Shown here: positions 59,822 through 64,000 of the stretch, piece after piece
How the letters are laid out: every line of letters starts with the position of its first letter
How positions within the stretch are numbered: the first letter of the stretch is position 1
NCBI RefSeq assembly: GCF_964213995.1
Contig: NW_027590172.1
Coordinates: 186,001 to 250,000, forward strand
Length of the DNA: 64,000 nucleotides
Direction of reading: 5' to 3'
Origin: Mustelus asterias
Taxonomy: Eukaryota
Position numbers and translations under genes: made by a program
Notes under the pieces: generated by a model
Database searches by the model: none
What the model saw: the letters and a program-made list of their open reading frames with translations, nothing else
What the model was told of the DNA's origin: nothing

Positions 59822-60661
59822 ATGGAGAAACCATGGAAATGTGATGATTGTGGTAAAGGATTCAATTATCCCTACTTGCTGGAAAACCATAGACACAGTC
59901 ACACTGGAGAGAGGCCATTCATCTGTTCTGTGTGTGGGAAAGGATTCACTACCTCATCCCACCTGCTGTTACACCAGCGAATTCCCACTGAGGAGAGGCC
60001 GTTCAGCTGCTCCACCTGTGGAAAGGGGTTCTCATGTTCATCTAACCTCAGTGCACATCAGCGAGTTCACACTGGGGAGAGATCGTTCACCTGCTCCTTG
60101 TGTGGGAAGGAGTTTGCTGGGCCATCCGGTCTTTGGTCACACCAGCGAATTCACACAGGAGAGAAGCCATTCACCTGTTCTGTGTGTGGTAAGAGATTCA
60201 CTCTGTCATCTAACCTGCTGTCACACCAGCGTGTTCACACAGAGGAGAGACCGTTCAGCTGCACTTCCTGTGGAAAGAGGTTCAGGTCTTCATCCAATCT
60301 CAGTGCACCCAAGCGAGTTCACACTGGGGAAAGGCCGTTCACCTGTTCCACGTGTGGGAGGGAATTCACCAATTCATCCGGCCTCCTGTCACATCAGCAA
60401 ATTCACACTGAGGAGAAGCCATTTATTTGCACATACAGGCAGTTATCAATCCTCACTGCACATCAACGCACTCACACTGGGAAGAGACCATTCACTTGCT
60501 CCGTGTGTGGGAAGGGATTCACTCAGTCGGGCAGCCTGCATTTACATGAGCTCACCCACACTGGGGAGAGGCCATTCACCTGCTCTGTGTGTGGGAAGGG
60601 ATACACTCGGTCATCCCACTTGCTGACACATCTGCAAGTTCACAATTGCCTGCAGGAGTAG
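59822..60661 (+). CDS. ZNF-H: C2H2 protein, 279 aa, 10 finger positions (7 intact, 3 degenerate)
   Basis: MEKPWKC at 59822, H->P substitutions in fingers 2 and 6 and an in-frame deletion in finger 8. Confidence 0.7.
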   Translation: MEKPWKCDDCGKGFNYPYLLENHRHSHTGERPFICSVCGKGFTTSSHLLLHQRIPTEERPFSCSTCGKGFSCSSNLSAHQRVHTGERSFTCSLCGKEFAGPSGLWSHQRIHTGEKPFTCSVCGKRFTLSSNLLSHQRVHTEERPFSCTSCGKRFRSSSNLSAPKRVHTGERPFTCSTCGREFTNSSGLLSHQQIHTEEKPFICTYRQLSILTAHQRTHTGKRPFTCSVCGKGFTQSGSLHLHELTHTGERPFTCSVCGKGYTRSSHLLTHLQVHNCLQE

Positions 60662-62099
60662 GATTTTGCAGTTACTGCAGCTGTTAATCACATCCAGGAT
60701 TGATCGTCTGACAATATTTGGTTTGTTTCTGCTGACATTAACGATCCCTACAACTGGCTGAAGTTTAATATTCTGAGATGTCACTGATTTTCAGGGCTGT
60801 TGTGTCCCTTTTTAAAAGCACCATCTGTGATTTTTTTAAAATTCAGGAACTCTGAACAGGAACTTGTTTCTCATAAGTTTATGAACTTTTCCTGAAATCT
60901 TAAATTGATGTTTGGTGCAAACTGTACAATTCAGTGTCTGAAAGGTTCCACTGCTTAATATTTCCAATTAGAAAATGCTGACAATTCTTACTGACTTGCA
61001 CATTATTCACAGTGACACTTCCCCAATCACATTTAATTATCAAGGAACATAAAACAATGCACAGATACTTGTTAGTACTGAACTTGAATATTGCTGAAAA
61101 GAGAGACCTGTTGCTGAATCTCTTCATCATGCACTCATCAGGACAAACAGAAGAATGCCAAATTTCAAATGATCACAATTGGTGGACTGTCATTGACTTG
61201 AAGCATCACCATGGAGAAATCAATAGAAGACTGTAGGTTTCTCAAGCTTCTGGGAAATTCAAAAAAGGTGCAAGGCTTGAAAATTCTCCTTTTGTTTGCA
61301 GGGAAAGGATCGCTGCGTATAAATGTAAGTTGCTACTCACAACTATAACTGAGCTGTATTGTGAACTCGACTGATTATCTTCAATTGATTATGAGTGTAG
61401 CTATTGGCACACTCAGGATTGTCCAGCAAGTGCTGCCCAATCTGTAATCACAGTAAACATTGTATTTTTGGTTTTGTGAGTGTTTCCTGCTGAAAACAAA
61501 TCACTACCTATTCTGACAAATCAAGGAACATGCTGTTTTATACTATCAGCCACTCACTGGGATGTACAGCCTAGTACCCGGCACTGCACTGGCAAAGATA
61601 TCCAAACCCAGCCTTGCTCATTTGTGTGGGAGGCTGAATGCCTTTTTGGTGCTGGCAGCTAATTAGTGGAAAGTATTACTCGTGTAACCACGACATCGTC
61701 GCAGAATGAAACAGATTAGTGTTCCCTCTGTATTGTGCAGCCTTGTGATTGTGCTAAAGGCCATCACTTTCAGATCTGAAAAGTGCCTGGGTCAAGGTCA
61801 CATTACTCCAGAAAGGGACATTTTCTCTCTAATCTGAAGCAACAGGTTAAGCAAATCATTTCACACTGAAACACATCTTCAACGTTGCAGTAGTTTGTTC
61901 AGTTACACACTCGGTGGTCACGTGACTCTGGTTGCAGCATTCCTGAGCCTCATTGGAGGGATTCCTCACGTGAGCTGAGTTTGAGGAGAGTATCTCTGGC
62001 CTCCAGTGATGCAGCCGCTGAATCTATTCCTGGAAAAAACACATTTGGAATATTGTGATAATGTTTTCTGAATCCATCAGGACAATTTTGTATTCAAGT

Positions 62100-62820
62100 G
62101 GGGGGGGGGAGATAATGTTCACTGTTCTTTATTTGGTTCTGGGGGATAATGTTCACTGTTTTATATTCGGGTCTGGCGGGGGGGTAATGTTCATTGTTTT
62201 ATATTTGGTTCTGGGGGATAATGTTCACTGTTTTATATTCGGGTCTGGCGGGGGGGTAATGTTCACTTTTATATTCGGGTCTGGGGGACAATGTTCACTG
62301 TTTTATATTCGGGTCTGGGGGATAATGTTCACTGTTTTATATTCCGGTCTGGGGGATAATGTTCATTGTTTTATATTTGGGTCTGGGGGATAATGTTCAC
62401 TGTTTTATATTTGGGTCTGGGGGATAATGTTCATTGTTTTATATTTGGGTCTGGGGGATAATGTTCACTGTTTTATATTCGGGTCTGGGGGATAATGTTC
62501 ACTGTTTTATATTTGGGTCTGGGGGATAATGTTCACTGTTTTATATTTGGCTCTGGGGTAATAATGTTGTTTTATATTTGGGTCTGGGGGATAATGTTCA
62601 CTGTTTTATATTCGGGTCTGGAGGGGGATAATGTTCACTGCTTTATATTCGGGTCTGGGAGATAATGTTCACTGTTTTATATTCGGGTCTGGGGGATAAT
62701 GTTCACTGCTTTATATTCAGGTCTGGGGGATAATGTTCACTGTTTTATATTCGGGTCTGGGGGATAATGTTCACTGTTTTATATTCGGGTCTGGGAGATA
62801 ATGTTCACTGTCTGGGGTTT
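62100..62820. repeat. ~34-35-bp minisatellite, ~20 copies
   Basis: Unit gggggataatgttcactgttttatattcgggtct. Confidence 0.95.
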
Positions 62821-62998
62821 GTTAGCTAGGGTTGATTCTGCCTACGGTGCATTCTCGGTTGTCAGAGCTGTCATTAAAAGCCCTAATTTCCAGTCAGTGA
62901 CTGAGTTGTCTCTGATGGGATGGAGAATCAGAGTGGGGGTAATGTGCTTCATGGACAGCGATGGGTTGGCGTGAGTATAAAATAAACCCGGAAACCCT

Positions 62999-63292
62999 GG
63001 GCGGCACGGTAGCACAGTGGTTAGCACTGCTGCCTCACAGCGCCAGGGTCCCAGGTTCGATTCCCGGCTTGGGTCACTGTCTGTGTGGAGTTTGCACGTT
63101 CTCCCTGTGTTTGCGTGGGTTTCCTCCGGTTTCCTCCCACAGTCCAAAGATGTGCAGGTTAGGTTGATTGGCTATGCTAATTTGAGCCGATTAGCAGGGT
63201 AAATATTTGGGGTTATGGGGATAGGGTGGGATTGTTGTCGGTACAGACTCGATGGGCCGAATGGTCTCCTTCTGTACTGTAGGGATTCTATG
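62999..63292 (+). mobile_element. HE1-like SINE
   Basis: gggcggcacggtagcacagtggttagc...gggattctatga. Confidence 0.9.
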
Positions 63293-64000
63293 AACACCAG
63301 GTAATTGTGAGAACATTAAAACAATCACAAAACATGATAGCACCATGTTGGAAAACAGAATATTTTGGCTCAATCTTTGATCAATTTTGTTTGATTCAAT
63401 GTTTTGAGTGGCTTGTTGGATTGCTGGTTATTTTTGAATGGCAGCTCAGCACCATCAGTTTGACCATAAACTCGGCCCCGGTGACTGCTGCATTTTTCCA
63501 GCACCTTCTGTTTTAATTTTAAGTGGAATCATAATATCTGCTTAGTACACAGGCCAATTTATCATTCTAGTGGTGTGTGTATCTGAGAGGTATGCAACTG
63601 GAAAACATTTTCCATTCATCTCCTCTTTTGCTGCAGTATATATACATTGTTCTCACTCTGCCAGGAGGGCTGTGGGATTAATTGGATAGATCTTAAAGAC
63701 AGGCCGACTGGGCAGGATCAGCCAAATGGTTTCCATCTGTGATGTATCATTCCATAAAACAGAATATTCAGCATCAGGAGAAAGAAAGTGAAAGAAACCA
63801 ATCTCTGGGATTTACCCAACCAGTGTGAGCACCTTCAGGGGAGCAGAGAGAGGGAAACCAGTGGGAAAAGTTTTAAAAACTCGGGGTATTCCCACAGGAG
63901 AGCACTGGTTTAAATCAATTTTAGAAGTAGAGAATGGCAGCGTTCAAATTCCGAGGAATGCATTTTTAAAAATTAATTGATCTTCATTGAACAAGATAAT

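Noticed and set aside
62055-62820. ~35-bp repeats resembling CRISPR repeats or a hydrophobic ORF
   Set aside because: Head-to-tail units without spacers, so a VNTR.

Overview
Eukaryotic, repeat-rich DNA, almost certainly from an elasmobranch (shark). The evidence is abundant HE1/V-SINE-like SINEs, CR1 (HER1-like) LINEs, Rex/Babar, Tx1 and Penelope-like remnants. The window holds a cluster of eight paralogous C2H2 zinc-finger loci (ZNF-A to ZNF-H, my labels), each with one coding exon; seven start MEKP/MEKS and none has a recognisable KRAB or SCAN domain. Four look intact (4566-5912 -, 22536-23126 +, 29502-31127 +, 53999-54925 -). Four are damaged: one by a SINE insertion, one by a frameshift, one partly degenerate and one fully pseudogenised. 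Several are head-to-head around CpG-rich CCAAT/GC-box promoters, each next to a different minisatellite. The most interesting observations are: (1) three fossil zinc fingers with position-conserved stops form the 5' leader, upstream of an ATG created from the TGEKP linker; (2) a SINE inside a ZNF exon carries GT/AG sites in the phase that would restore the reading frame; (3) Penelope-type inserts contain minimal hammerhead-ribozyme motifs; (4) a near-identical promoter is shared by otherwise divergent paralogues; (5) finger arrays grew by 6-finger and 3-finger block duplication. Coordinates and alignments were read by eye and are approximate at element edges; no database searches were run.
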